DNA of 64,000 nt from Armatimonadota bacterium (GCA_039811685.1 JBDHZC010000002.1:64001-128000); one strand, 5' to 3'; positions 8,858 to 18,056 are shown, counted from the first letter of the stretch. The notes: a model not told the origin generated them from the sequence alone. Numbers and translations are program-made.

Positions 8858-9706
8858 CTACCTCACGACAGCGCGCAAGTACTGCAGGCTCTTCTGGACT
8901 TGCTCAAACGGATCCGGCTGGTCACCTTCGTACTCGATGGAGATAACTCCCTCAAAGCTCTGTTTACGCAGTTCCTGGAATATCGCCGGGAAGTTGATCA
9001 CACCCGTTCCAAAGACAACGTCGTGCGCCTCAGGCACATTCCGGTTCAGGTCTTTGATGTGCATCGCCAGCACTCGCCCCCGCAACATCTTCAAAGAGTT
9101 CAGCGGATCAAAACCGCTGCGCGCCCAGTGTCCGACGTCCGGACACGCTCCAATGCGACGGTTCAGCTTGCTCAGGACTTTCATCTCAAAGGAAGGATCG
9201 AAGTAGTGAGAAGGAGCCGGATGGTTGTGGATAGCCACCTTTATATTGTACTCCTTCGTCAGACGCTCCACGATCGGCCAGGCGGCGTCCTCGGGCTCCG
9301 AGACGATAACCTTGACACCCATCTCCTTTGCGAAGTCAAAGACTTTTCTGCACTCTTCTTCGTTGCCGGGCAAGCCTACCACGCCCAAGTTGTGCATCTG
9401 CACCCCGTAGTTCTGGAGAATCTGGCGGGCCTTGCGACGAGCCCCGGCAGAGGCGTCGGGAGACCAGATGACTCCTGGCATCGAGCCGCTCAGCTTCTGG
9501 CCCGGATAGCCTTCAATGTAGCGCAGTCCCAGAGATGAGGTTTTGGCGACTGCTTCTTCAAAAGTGTGCGAGCGGAACGTGTAAGCCTGCAGTCCAATTT
9601 TGAGGTTGTCGCTCCCGGCGGGACGTGACGCGCAAAAGGCGCCAGAACCCAGTGCGCAGACCGCTACAAAGGACAAGGCAAGATTTCTGAACAAATGACT
9701 ATGCAT
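8858..9706 (-). CDS. Secreted sugar-phosphate isomerase/epimerase-family TIM-barrel protein
   Basis: Signal peptide; AIHNH, DVGHW, HIKD and SIEYE metal-binding motifs. Confidence 0.85.
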   Translation of the reverse strand: MHSHLFRNLALSFVAVCALGSGAFCASRPAGSDNLKIGLQAYTFRSHTFEEAVAKTSSLGLRYIEGYPGQKLSGSMPGVIWSPDASAGARRKARQILQNYGVQMHNLGVVGLPGNEEECRKVFDFAKEMGVKVIVSEPEDAAWPIVERLTKEYNIKVAIHNHPAPSHYFDPSFEMKVLSKLNRRIGACPDVGHWARSGFDPLNSLKMLRGRVLAMHIKDLNRNVPEAHDVVFGTGVINFPAIFQELRKQSFEGVISIEYEGDQPDPFEQVQKSLQYLRAVVR

Positions 9707-9793
9707 ACCGTTCTCCAGGCTCGACGCCAGGCACTGAGTTTACCACCAACTGGTTATTCGTGCGGACAAGGTTTCCTCTAAGTTCACATTCCA

Positions 9794-9821
9794 GGGAATA
9801 TCTTCAGACTGGTGTCGTCTA
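9794..9821 (+). promoter_or_regulatory. ECF sigma promoter (probably autoregulatory)
   Basis: GGGAAT-N16-CGTCTA directly upstream of the ECF sigma gene; same motif and spacing at 11231. Confidence 0.7.
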
Positions 9822-9854
9822 ATAAGAGAAACGAGGGAGTGGAATCTGCACCTA

Positions 9855-10451
9855 ATGCCGAGCGCACTACCGACGCACATTCTTGTCGAGCAGGCGAAAC
9901 AGGGAGACAAAGCAGCGTTTGAGACTCTGTTTGAAGACACTCACGTCCGAATTTTCAATTTTCTGCTGGCTGAGGGATTGAACAAGGATGAGGCGGACGA
10001 CGTGTGCCAGGAGACGTACGTGCGCGCGTGGCGGCATCTGAAGGGGCTGCGGGTGAGTTCAAGCTTTCTGGTCTGGCTGCATCAGATCGCTAGAAACGCA
10101 TCGAAAGATTACATGAAAGGGCGCGCCCGGCGTCCGGAAGCGCCTGCTGAGGCCGTGGAGCAGGAGGCGGACCCACGTCAACCTGATCCGCTTGCTTTAG
10201 CTGAGGGACAGGCGTTAGCGGTTGCTGTGAAAAGCGGGATTGCCGCTCTGCCTGAGAACCAGAGACTGCCGATCGTGATGCGTCACCTGGAAGGGATGTC
10301 GGTTGCGCAAATTTCCGAGGGGCTGAAACTGCCTTACGGGACAGTTCTATCCCGGCTGGCGCGAGGACGCGCCGCACTGGCGAGGAGACTGGCGCCTTTC
10401 GTCAATCTCTCAGACACTGCAAAGGGGAATGCCAATGTCGTGCAAGATTAG
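9855..10451 (+). CDS. ECF RNA polymerase sigma factor
   Basis: GDKAAFETL, ADDVCQETYVRAW, WLHQIARN, region 4 GTVLSRLARGR. Confidence 0.95.
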   Translation: MPSALPTHILVEQAKQGDKAAFETLFEDTHVRIFNFLLAEGLNKDEADDVCQETYVRAWRHLKGLRVSSSFLVWLHQIARNASKDYMKGRARRPEAPAEAVEQEADPRQPDPLALAEGQALAVAVKSGIAALPENQRLPIVMRHLEGMSVAQISEGLKLPYGTVLSRLARGRAALARRLAPFVNLSDTAKGNANVVQD

Positions 10452-11229
10452 CCTGGAGAGAGTCGCCCAGCACCTGACGGCGGTGGAGACCGGCCACCGC
10501 TCGGGCCTGAGCGCACACATTGCATCGTGTCCGCAGTGCGCAGCGAGAGTCGCAGATATGACCGAAACTGAGCGCATCATCTCTGGAATCGGAATGACCA
10601 GTCCGCCGGAAGGCATGTGGGCGAAGATCGCTCCCCGGTTGGAACAGCGTCAGCCTGCGGGAGCGAGCGCGCCTTTTGCGTTACTGCGGGCTCGAGCCGC
10701 TCTGGCCGCAGTCGCGACAGTCCTGGTCGCCGCACTCGTCATCTTCCAGCACCATCCTCAGGCGCTCAATCAGCAAGATCCGGATTTGCAGGAGTTCTAT
10801 CAACACTATTCGGCGGTGACACCCGCACAAGCTGAGTCTGTAGTCACCAGCGCGGACCTTCACAGCTTCGCGCAAGCATCTCAAATTGCGATACGTCTGC
10901 CGCGCAACATGCCTCCCGGGTGGCGGCTGACCGGGCTGGATCTTTTCACGTGCGCCGGGGGACGGCCAGTAGCCCACCTCGTCTATACCAGTGGTGAGCG
11001 CACGCTTTCCATCTTTGAAAAACCGCTCGGAGGTGGCTCCGGCATGGGCATGGGCCGCGGACGAGGACGCGGGCACGGTAGAGGCGGCGGGCGCGGACGC
11101 GGAGTGTGCCGCTTGAACTCCACCAACGCTGCGTTCAGATCCGGCGCCACTCACAAATATGTCGTGATGGGAGATTTGCCCGCGGAAGAGCTGCAGGCTC
11201 TGGCGAATGATCTGGAAAGTCAAAATTAG
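10435..11229 (+). CDS. Membrane anti-sigma factor with a zinc-finger (ZAS/zf-HC2) N-terminus
   Basis: C...HIASCPQC motif, one TM helix, periplasmic domain (LPRNMPPGW...LSIFE); overlaps the sigma gene end; RBS favours ATG 10435 over 10429. Confidence 0.85.
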   Translation: MSCKISLERVAQHLTAVETGHRSGLSAHIASCPQCAARVADMTETERIISGIGMTSPPEGMWAKIAPRLEQRQPAGASAPFALLRARAALAAVATVLVAALVIFQHHPQALNQQDPDLQEFYQHYSAVTPAQAESVVTSADLHSFAQASQIAIRLPRNMPPGWRLTGLDLFTCAGGRPVAHLVYTSGERTLSIFEKPLGGGSGMGMGRGRGRGHGRGGGRGRGVCRLNSTNAAFRSGATHKYVVMGDLPAEELQALANDLESQN

Positions 11230-11230
11230 C

Positions 11231-11258
11231 GGGAATGCGCCAGCGCCCGTGTCGTCTA
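11231..11258 (+). promoter_or_regulatory. ECF sigma promoter
   Basis: GGGAAT-N16-CGTCTA, sharing GTGTCGTCTA with the 9794 copy. Confidence 0.7.
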
Positions 11259-11330
11259 TAGGGCAGCAAAGGGCATGGACTGCAGCGGCAGTCCGACAGA
11301 CGCCAACAGCACACACTGGAGAATACAGCA

Positions 11331-12119
11331 ATGAAGTCAAGAGTGACTATCTTAGCCGCAGCTGCATTAGCAGTGGCGATGACTATCGGGATAGCCTCTG
11401 CTCAGCGCGGTCCGGCGCGGGCTCCAAGAGCCGGAGCTGGGCCGGGAGCAGGAATGGGATCGGGAGTCGCCTGCCCGTTTGGCGGGACACGCGTTACCGG
11501 ACAGATAACAGCCATCAACGCGGCCTCTGGCGTCATTGACGTCAATGCGGCAGGGCAGGCAGTGGCGATTCGCGTGAACAACAGTACTGTTGTGAAGAGT
11601 GGCCCCGATGCCGTAGCATTGAAAGACATCAAGGTTGGTCAGTCCGTAACGGCTTGCGGTGAAATGAATGGCAGCACGTTGGATGCATTGATGCTGAACG
11701 TCCTCTACCGTGGAGCTTCCGGCCCTGGCATGGGCGCGGGAATGGGAGCTGGTAGAGGTCGCGGAATGGGCCCAGGCGCTGGCAGAGGTGGGCCAGGCGC
11801 CGGAATGTGCCTTATGGGCCCGTTCGCTGGAGCGGCTGGCATGACTGCGGCTGGGCGTGGACCTGGCGCTGGTTGTCCGTTTGGCACGCAGGTTTGTGGC
11901 CAGATCACGGCGATTGACAGTCCAGGTCTGGCGCTGCGAGTGGACACCGGAAACGAAGTCGTCCTGGTGCGAACAGACGGCAACACTCTGCTCAAGAGCG
12001 GCCCGAGCGTCATCAGCTTCAACGAATTCCGGACCGGGCAGTCAGTGTGCTCAAGCGGGACGCTGGACGGTCAGACGCTGAAGGCGAATGTTGTGAACGT
12101 GAGGTTCAGGGTAAGATAG
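11331..12119 (+). CDS. Secreted protein with two DUF5666-like beta domains and Gly/Met/Cys-rich linkers
   Basis: Signal peptide (ASA); internal duplication CPFG..GQITAI...KSGP...GQSV...G.(M/L).G.TL.A. Confidence 0.75.
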   Translation: MKSRVTILAAAALAVAMTIGIASAQRGPARAPRAGAGPGAGMGSGVACPFGGTRVTGQITAINAASGVIDVNAAGQAVAIRVNNSTVVKSGPDAVALKDIKVGQSVTACGEMNGSTLDALMLNVLYRGASGPGMGAGMGAGRGRGMGPGAGRGGPGAGMCLMGPFAGAAGMTAAGRGPGAGCPFGTQVCGQITAIDSPGLALRVDTGNEVVLVRTDGNTLLKSGPSVISFNEFRTGQSVCSSGTLDGQTLKANVVNVRFRVR

Positions 12120-12161
12120 AAAAGGCCATTCGCAGGTTATAATATAACGGTTATCTGCTTT

Positions 12162-12194
12162 GGGAGCAGCTCCGAGACGGGGCTGCTTCCTTTT
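12162..12194 (+). terminator. Intrinsic terminator
   Basis: GGGAGCAGCTCC-GAGAC-GGGGCTGCTTCC followed by TTTT. Confidence 0.7.
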
Positions 12195-12205
12195 CTTACC
12201 TGGAG

Positions 12206-12940
12206 ATGTCACTGGTGCATAGAGTAATTGAGAAGCGCGCCGCTCAAAACTGGCTTTGGATCACCCCCCTTGCCGTCATGGTAGTTCTTTTTGCGCGTCC
12301 CCGAACACTCAGCTCGCTGGCAGCGTCCACGGATGAGATACTGGATGTGGTCGGCACGGGGCTTATTGCTCTGGGGATATGGATCAGGATTTGCGCGAGA
12401 GGCTGGAAGGCACAGGCGCCGTCCCGAACCCTTGTGACAGAAGGGCTCTACTCGTATATCCGTCACCCGCTGTACGTCGCGAGTTTCGCAATAGGCCTTG
12501 GCATAATGCCTGCGCTGAACAGCGTTCCACTTCTGACGGCCTTTGTGGTCATATTTCTGCTTGCGCATATTCCTGTTATCCGGCGCGAAGAAATCAGCCT
12601 GCGCACGCGCTTTGGCGAAGAGCACGAACGGTATACGAGGGAGGTCCGGGCGCTCATCCCCTCACTGCACAGCCTGAAACTTCGACGCCCTATTGTCCCA
12701 CGTCCCTTACTACGCGCCGCACAACTGGAAGCGGATGCAATCCTCCTGTGGGGACTGATCTCCATTGGGCTGGATGTCCGGGAGGATTTTGCGGCACTCC
12801 TCAAAGGTTCTCACCACATCGAAGTAATGGTGTGGTGCGCGGGTGCGGCAATGCTTGTGGGCCTGTGGACGTACCTGAAGGCGACTCGCAAGAATGCCCG
12901 ATTCGTATCTATTGAGCAGAGTGCAGAGGAGCCAGGATAG
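12206..12940 (+). CDS. Isoprenylcysteine carboxyl methyltransferase (ICMT/PEMT) family membrane protein
   Basis: LVTEGLYSYIRHPLY and REE..L..RFGEE...Y...V motifs. Confidence 0.88.
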   Translation: MSLVHRVIEKRAAQNWLWITPLAVMVVLFARPRTLSSLAASTDEILDVVGTGLIALGIWIRICARGWKAQAPSRTLVTEGLYSYIRHPLYVASFAIGLGIMPALNSVPLLTAFVVIFLLAHIPVIRREEISLRTRFGEEHERYTREVRALIPSLHSLKLRRPIVPRPLLRAAQLEADAILLWGLISIGLDVREDFAALLKGSHHIEVMVWCAGAAMLVGLWTYLKATRKNARFVSIEQSAEEPG

Positions 12941-13853
12941 TAGCCAGCAAGTCTGAGCAGATAAACACAACTGTCAAGGCCAAAACCACCGCAAATATCA
13001 GCCGCAAGACCCTGTTGGACAGGCGGTGTGTGATCAGCGCGCCAATCTGAGCGCCGACAGACGACCCCACCAAAATCGCCATCGACAACCTGAGAGAGAC
13101 GAAACCCCTGAGCGCCTGCTCGATGGCGCCGAGTGATACCGTGGCCAGAACCAGCAGGTTGCCCGTTCCGGCGGCATTTCGGGCCGACAGTCCGAAGCCA
13201 TAGAGCAGAACCGGCATCAGCAGCATGCCTCCCCCAGTGCCCATCACGCCTTCCGCCGCTCCCAACACCAGACCTATTGCGGCTAACAACGGAACTGACA
13301 CCCGGTAAAGCTGAACCTCTGGCAAATCAACGAAAGGTGGAATGCGCACTTTGGTGACCAGAAATCCCGGGATCGTCTTGTCCCCACGAGAGACAGGATT
13401 TCGAAACGCCAGTCGAGCCTCGACGAGCATGCCCACAGACGCGCATCCCAGCACAAGAATGAACAGGCAGTCCAGAACGAAGATAGCCAGAGGAAGCGGA
13501 TGTCCCGCAATCAGCACATCCGGACGTCCAGACAAATAGGCCAGAAAGCGACTGCCCACATCTACACCCATCAGACTGCCGCCCATCATAAGCAGATCAA
13601 TTCTCGGATCTCCGCGTTTCAGGTGACGGTACTTGGCGAAGGAAACGACCGAGCTACCACATTTTTGTGACAAACCGGAACCGACCGCGATCGCAGCGGG
13701 GATTTTGAAGACGTGAAGAAGAAGGGGTGTTAGAAGGGAGCCACCTCCCACCCCGAACATGCCTGCAACGATGCCAACGAGCAATCCAAGTCCCGCAAGC
13801 GCGGGAAGTGAAACCGCATGCCCCAGCCCTATTCCGAGGTGGAAGTCCAGCAT
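12909..13853 (-). CDS. TauE/SafE (TSUP) family transporter
   Basis: Duplicated GMFGVGGG...P and GVMGTGGG...P motifs; multi-TM. Confidence 0.9.
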   Translation of the reverse strand: MLDFHLGIGLGHAVSLPALAGLGLLVGIVAGMFGVGGGSLLTPLLLHVFKIPAAIAVGSGLSQKCGSSVVSFAKYRHLKRGDPRIDLLMMGGSLMGVDVGSRFLAYLSGRPDVLIAGHPLPLAIFVLDCLFILVLGCASVGMLVEARLAFRNPVSRGDKTIPGFLVTKVRIPPFVDLPEVQLYRVSVPLLAAIGLVLGAAEGVMGTGGGMLLMPVLLYGFGLSARNAAGTGNLLVLATVSLGAIEQALRGFVSLRLSMAILVGSSVGAQIGALITHRLSNRVLRLIFAVVLALTVVFICSDLLATILAPLHSAQ

Positions 13854-13858
13854 AAACG

Positions 13859-14017
13859 CTACGTACGGCCTTCCTTTGAGATACCGGTGTCCCCGTTCTC
13901 ATCAGAGCGGCTTTGCATCCCGTCAAAGTGGTTCAACAACCACACCATCAACAATCCCCAGCACACAGGGATGAGAACACACGCAACCGCGTATATCCAC
14001 TTGCCGAGATCGTTCAT
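13859..14017 (-). CDS. Small single-TM protein (52 aa), absent from the ORF track
   Basis: GAGGAGG RBS 7 nt before ATG; MNDLGKWIYAVACVLIPVCWGLLMVWLLNHFDGMQSRSDENGDTGISKEGRT; stop lies 5 nt before the TauE start. Confidence 0.7.
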   Translation of the reverse strand: MNDLGKWIYAVACVLIPVCWGLLMVWLLNHFDGMQSRSDENGDTGISKEGRT

Positions 14018-14189
14018 GCATCGTCCTCCTCGTACGGTTGTCTGCCAGGGCCCTGCGCTGTGACCTCTTTTACTTTACCTGATAGGCTCGAAATAACGCG
14101 AGCACACTGACTTTCTGGGCCTTTTGGATAGGCGAAAGAGTTAGTGGGTACAATTGCCGTGTAGCTGCATTAGAGGAAACAGATGCACG

Positions 14190-15563
14190 ATGAGGATGCC
14201 GCCCGTAGACATTCACCAGACAATTGACACAATCAAACATGCCCTGCGCCGGCCATACTCCAAACACTCACCCGCGGCCCTCGGCGCCATTCTGCAAGAG
14301 CTTCACCCATCCGCCATAGCGTTCATTTTGGACGAGCTGGACCTCCCACATGCCCTGCGCGCTTTTGAAGCGCTGCCGGATGAGGAAGCCGCTGAAGTGC
14401 TGGATGAGGTTTCCCCCACAACGAATAGATACCTCATCAGCAACTCGCCGCGGGATCGCATTTTGCGTCTACTGAACATTCTCCCGATGGATGACGCGGC
14501 AGAGCTGCTATCCGAGTATGGGGAAGAAGAGTCCCAGCCACTGCTGGCGACGCTGGCCAAATCCGACTCAAAGCAGGTTCACAAACTGCTTGCGTATCCT
14601 GAACGCACCGCCGGGCGTCTTATGACGACGCGCTTTGCCAGACTCAGCGCGAAAGACACTGTCTCACAGGCTCTGGATTACCTGAAGACAAACGCCAGGG
14701 AGCTCGAAACAATCAATGTAGTGTACGTCCTGGGTGCGCGAGAGCAGTTTGTTGGCTCGTGCAGCATCGCTGACCTTCTCACCGCGCGCCCCGACATCAA
14801 AGTGCAGTCCCTGATCTCTGAGCAGACACCGAGCGTGTCTCTGGACACGAACCAGAAAGATGTCGCGCAGTTGATCTCTCAGTACGACCTCCTTGCCATT
14901 CCGGTGCTTGAGAAGTCTGGCAGGATGATGGGCATTGTGACTGTGGACGACGTGATAGACGTCCTGGTGGAGGAGTTCAACGAAGACATTGCCCGGATTG
15001 TGGGAACGGACGCCGAAGAGATGGATCAGCGCACACCGGCGCAGGTGGCCAGAATGCGGTTGCCGTGGCTGCTATTGACGATGTTGATAGAACTGGTGGC
15101 AGGTCTTGTGGTCTCCCGGTTCGATAGAGTGCTGCGGCAGGTGATTCTGTTGGCGTCGTTTATGCCGGTCATTTCCGCTATTTCCGGCAATGTGGGCTTG
15201 CAGGCCGCGGCTATTGTTGTACGGGGTCTGGACACCGGACATATCTCGCTGGTCAAGTGGGGACGCGCTGTGCGCAAGGAGCTGTCGGCGGCGTTTCTTC
15301 TGGCGTTGGCGTGCGGCGTATCACTCGGTACGGTAGGCGGCATCTGGTCACATCACGCTCCGTTCGGTGTCGTTGTTGGCGTGTCGATGTGCTGCTCCAT
15401 GTTGACAGCAGGACTGATGGGAACGATCTTTCCGATGCTGTCGAAGAGACTGGGCTTTGACCCAGCGGCAACGGCGGGCCCCTTCGAGACGTCTTTTCAA
15501 GACGTAGTTGGATTCAGCGTTTTTCTCGGTCTTGCGACCTTACTGGTACACTGGCTGAAGTAG
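14190..15563 (+). CDS. mgtE: Magnesium transporter MgtE
   Basis: MgtE_N, CBS pair (TAGRLM, GIVTVDD), RLPWLL, GNVG.Q, DPA...D. Confidence 0.93.
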   Translation: MRMPPVDIHQTIDTIKHALRRPYSKHSPAALGAILQELHPSAIAFILDELDLPHALRAFEALPDEEAAEVLDEVSPTTNRYLISNSPRDRILRLLNILPMDDAAELLSEYGEEESQPLLATLAKSDSKQVHKLLAYPERTAGRLMTTRFARLSAKDTVSQALDYLKTNARELETINVVYVLGAREQFVGSCSIADLLTARPDIKVQSLISEQTPSVSLDTNQKDVAQLISQYDLLAIPVLEKSGRMMGIVTVDDVIDVLVEEFNEDIARIVGTDAEEMDQRTPAQVARMRLPWLLLTMLIELVAGLVVSRFDRVLRQVILLASFMPVISAISGNVGLQAAAIVVRGLDTGHISLVKWGRAVRKELSAAFLLALACGVSLGTVGGIWSHHAPFGVVVGVSMCCSMLTAGLMGTIFPMLSKRLGFDPAATAGPFETSFQDVVGFSVFLGLATLLVHWLK

Positions 15564-15662
15564 CATGGAGACTAGGAAGTGTCGCTCAAGAAAGTCTGAC
15601 GAGTAATCCCAAGACAAAGCGGCAATCGAGAACAGTGCGGGCTTGCAGGCCAGTATCTGCTG

Positions 15663-15691
15663 AAAACTCAAGTTGTACGCACTTGAGTTTT
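15663..15691. terminator. Perfect 11-bp inverted repeat (terminator or operator)
   Basis: AAAACTCAAGT-N7-ACTTGAGTTTT downstream of mgtE. Confidence 0.5.
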
Positions 15692-15780
15692 GTCTTTCCA
15701 TAGTGTCAGATTTTCATTGCCTGCCGCGTCTCATACAGGAGCGGACACACGAGCCGCAAGGATGAGAGGACAGAACAAAA

Positions 15781-15918
15781 GTGAAGAAGTTCATTGCAGC
15801 ATTGACTCTTATGGTGGTGCTGAGCGCGGCAGTCATTCCTGCGTCCGCGTGCAGTTGCAAGGCTAAGGACAAGAAGCCGGCTCCGACAACCCCGGCGCCC
15901 GGCAGCCTCAACTCCTGA
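15781..15918 (+). CDS. Small secreted peptide (45 aa), absent from the ORF track
   Basis: GAGAGGA RBS, GTG start, MKKFIAALTLMVVLSAAVIPASA|CSCKAKDKKPAPTTPAPGSLNS, followed by a terminator. Confidence 0.72.
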   Translation: MKKFIAALTLMVVLSAAVIPASACSCKAKDKKPAPTTPAPGSLNS

Positions 15919-15937
15919 GAGCAAAGGAGAACATGCG

Positions 15938-15971
15938 AAAGGCCTCCGGTCTCGACGGACCGGAGGCCTTT
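15938..15971. terminator. Bidirectional intrinsic terminator
   Basis: AAAGGCCTCCGGTC-TCGACG-GACCGGAGGCCTTT between convergent genes. Confidence 0.8.
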
Positions 15972-16012
15972 GCTGTATTTCGGTGGACGCAAAAAATGCG
16001 CCGGATAGACGG

Positions 16013-16696
16013 CTAGCTTCTGCGCGGTGCTGGCTTTGCGCCTGGCCTGTTGCCGGGTCTCTTTTCGCCAGCACGCGGGCTGCCCTGCCCTGGCCGCATC
16101 ATTTGCAGAGTGGCCGGCTTGTTGGCTGAGCGCGCCTCAAGAAAACTGAAGAGGCGCTTTACCCTGTCCAACTGCCGCTCATAGTTGGGCGAGGTCTTGC
16201 TGGGATTGAACGGATTGAAATCCTTCATCTTGGAAGGATCAAAAGCCGGTCTGTTACCTGCCGCTGGCCCCCCAGGACGATTCCCGCCCGGTCTCGCACC
16301 GGTTGCGTTGCCCGGCCGATTTCCAGATCCGGAAAACCCAGGGCGCGCGTTGCTGTTGAGTACTTTGTCAATCGCGCTCAACTGCTTCTGATCAAGAGCG
16401 CGCTGAATCTTCTGAATCGCAGACTTCGCTTGATCCTGCGTGAGCTTGGACTGCTTGCGCAGAGGGTTGAGCACACTGAGAATCTGCTTGGCCTGCGCCG
16501 GCTTCAACTTGGTGGAATCCGTGCGCTCACACTCAGCCAGCCCTCGAAAGACTGTTGTGCTGAGCTGAAACGTGTACTTGTGCTGCGAGCGAAACTTCTG
16601 AAACGCAGCCGCGTTGGTGCTGCCCTGGGCATACGCCACAGCGCTAATTGTCATTGCCGCGAGCGTTAGTGCCGCAGCGCGCATTGAACCTCTCAT
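16013..16696 (-). CDS. Secreted hypothetical protein, last gene of the MacAB-TolC operon
   Basis: CAGGAGG RBS, signal peptide (AYA), helical body, G/P/N/R-rich linker. Confidence 0.75.
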   Translation of the reverse strand: MRGSMRAAALTLAAMTISAVAYAQGSTNAAAFQKFRSQHKYTFQLSTTVFRGLAECERTDSTKLKPAQAKQILSVLNPLRKQSKLTQDQAKSAIQKIQRALDQKQLSAIDKVLNSNARPGFSGSGNRPGNATGARPGGNRPGGPAAGNRPAFDPSKMKDFNPFNPSKTSPNYERQLDRVKRLFSFLEARSANKPATLQMMRPGQGSPRAGEKRPGNRPGAKPAPRRS

Positions 16697-16748
16697 TCGT
16701 TCCTCCTGACTCGCTGCGGCTAGAGAAGTGCGGCAGCGCGAGAGCTTT

Positions 16749-18056
16749 TCATTCGTACCGCAGTGCTTCGATAGGGTTAAGCGTGGAGGCTTTTACCGCA
16801 GGATAAACGCCAAAGACCACCCCGACCACTGCGGAGAAAACAAACGATACAACGATGGGCGGCAAACTCACCAGGGTGGGAAAACCCAGGCCGCCACGGT
16901 CGGAGGGCACGGCCATCCATACCGCCACGCCGATGCCCAGCGCGACGCCAATCAGCCCGCCAACTAGGCTGAGGGTCGTGGACTCAATCAAAAACTGGTA
17001 GAGAATGTCCCTGCGCCGCGCGCCGATAGCTTTGCGAATGCCAATCTCGCGCGTTCGCTCCGTGACTGAGACCAGCATAATATTCATAATCCCGATGCCA
17101 CCGACGATAAGCGACACCAGCGCGATGCCCGCCAGCAGCATTGTCAGGAAGTTTGTCTGCTGTGTGGCGCTCTCGGTTAGATCTGCCTGGTTAAATACAC
17201 GCACATCCGGCGGATCGGTCGGTCGCAGCTTGTGCGCCCGGGAAAGTGCCGCAACAAGCTCATCCTGCGCCTCAGTCATCTGATCTGGCGATTTGGCCTG
17301 CACGCTCATCGTATCCAGATAATCGACGCCAAACACACGAACCATCGCAGTGGTGACGGGTATGGTTACCTGATCGTCCGGGCTCCGCCACCCGCTGTCT
17401 CCGCGCGGCGCGACAACCCCTATCACCAGGAAACTCTGTCCGTTGAGTTTGATATACTTGCCAACAGCCTGAATGTTGCCAAACAGCGTCTGGCGCACGT
17501 TGTCACCCAGGACAACTACTTTTGCCTTGCGCTCCATGTCATCCTGGGTGAAGCCTTTGCCCTGAGCGATGGGCTGATTGCGAATGCTGAAATAGTCCGG
17601 TCCCGCCCCCTGTACACGAGTGACGGTGTTCTGGTCCTGAAACTTAACAGTGCCCCGCCCGCCGTACTCCGGAGAAACAGCTTTGACCGCCGGACAACTG
17701 CGCAGGACTGTCTCCGCGTCTGCGAGCTTGAGAGTCTGCATGGTGCCAAGCCCAAAATTGACGCCACCCTGCTGCTGGGAGTCCGGGCGCACGGTGAGCA
17801 CGTTCGTCCCGAGCTTTTCAATCTGCTCCTGCGTGGCTTTGGCCACCCCCTGACCCAGAGAAACCATCACGATCACAGCCGAAACCCCGATGATGATCCC
17901 GAGCATTGTCAGAAAGGAGCGCAGTTTGTTGGCAACCAGTCCCTCCAGCGCCACGCGGACTGCCTCAGCGATCCCCATACCCGGACCGGCAATCATGTGA
18001 TCGATACTATGCGCCAGCGAAGGCTCGACGGCCGGGCGTGTCTGCGTTACGCTCAT
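16749..18056 (-). CDS. MacB-family ABC permease
   Basis: NKLRSFLTMLGIIIGV, GGIGIMNIMLVSVTERTREIGIRKAIGA, PIEALRYE; GGAGGAG RBS before ATG 18056. Confidence 0.95.
   Translation of the reverse strand: MSVTQTRPAVEPSLAHSIDHMIAGPGMGIAEAVRVALEGLVANKLRSFLTMLGIIIGVSAVIVMVSLGQGVAKATQEQIEKLGTNVLTVRPDSQQQGGVNFGLGTMQTLKLADAETVLRSCPAVKAVSPEYGGRGTVKFQDQNTVTRVQGAGPDYFSIRNQPIAQGKGFTQDDMERKAKVVVLGDNVRQTLFGNIQAVGKYIKLNGQSFLVIGVVAPRGDSGWRSPDDQVTIPVTTAMVRVFGVDYLDTMSVQAKSPDQMTEAQDELVAALSRAHKLRPTDPPDVRVFNQADLTESATQQTNFLTMLLAGIALVSLIVGGIGIMNIMLVSVTERTREIGIRKAIGARRRDILYQFLIESTTLSLVGGLIGVALGIGVAVWMAVPSDRGGLGFPTLVSLPPIVVSFVFSAVVGVVFGVYPAVKASTLNPIEALRYE

Noticed and set aside
11035..11880. GGC-rich repeats as a DNA repeat array or CRISPR
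   Set aside because: They are degenerate codons for Gly-rich protein linkers, with no fixed repeat-spacer period
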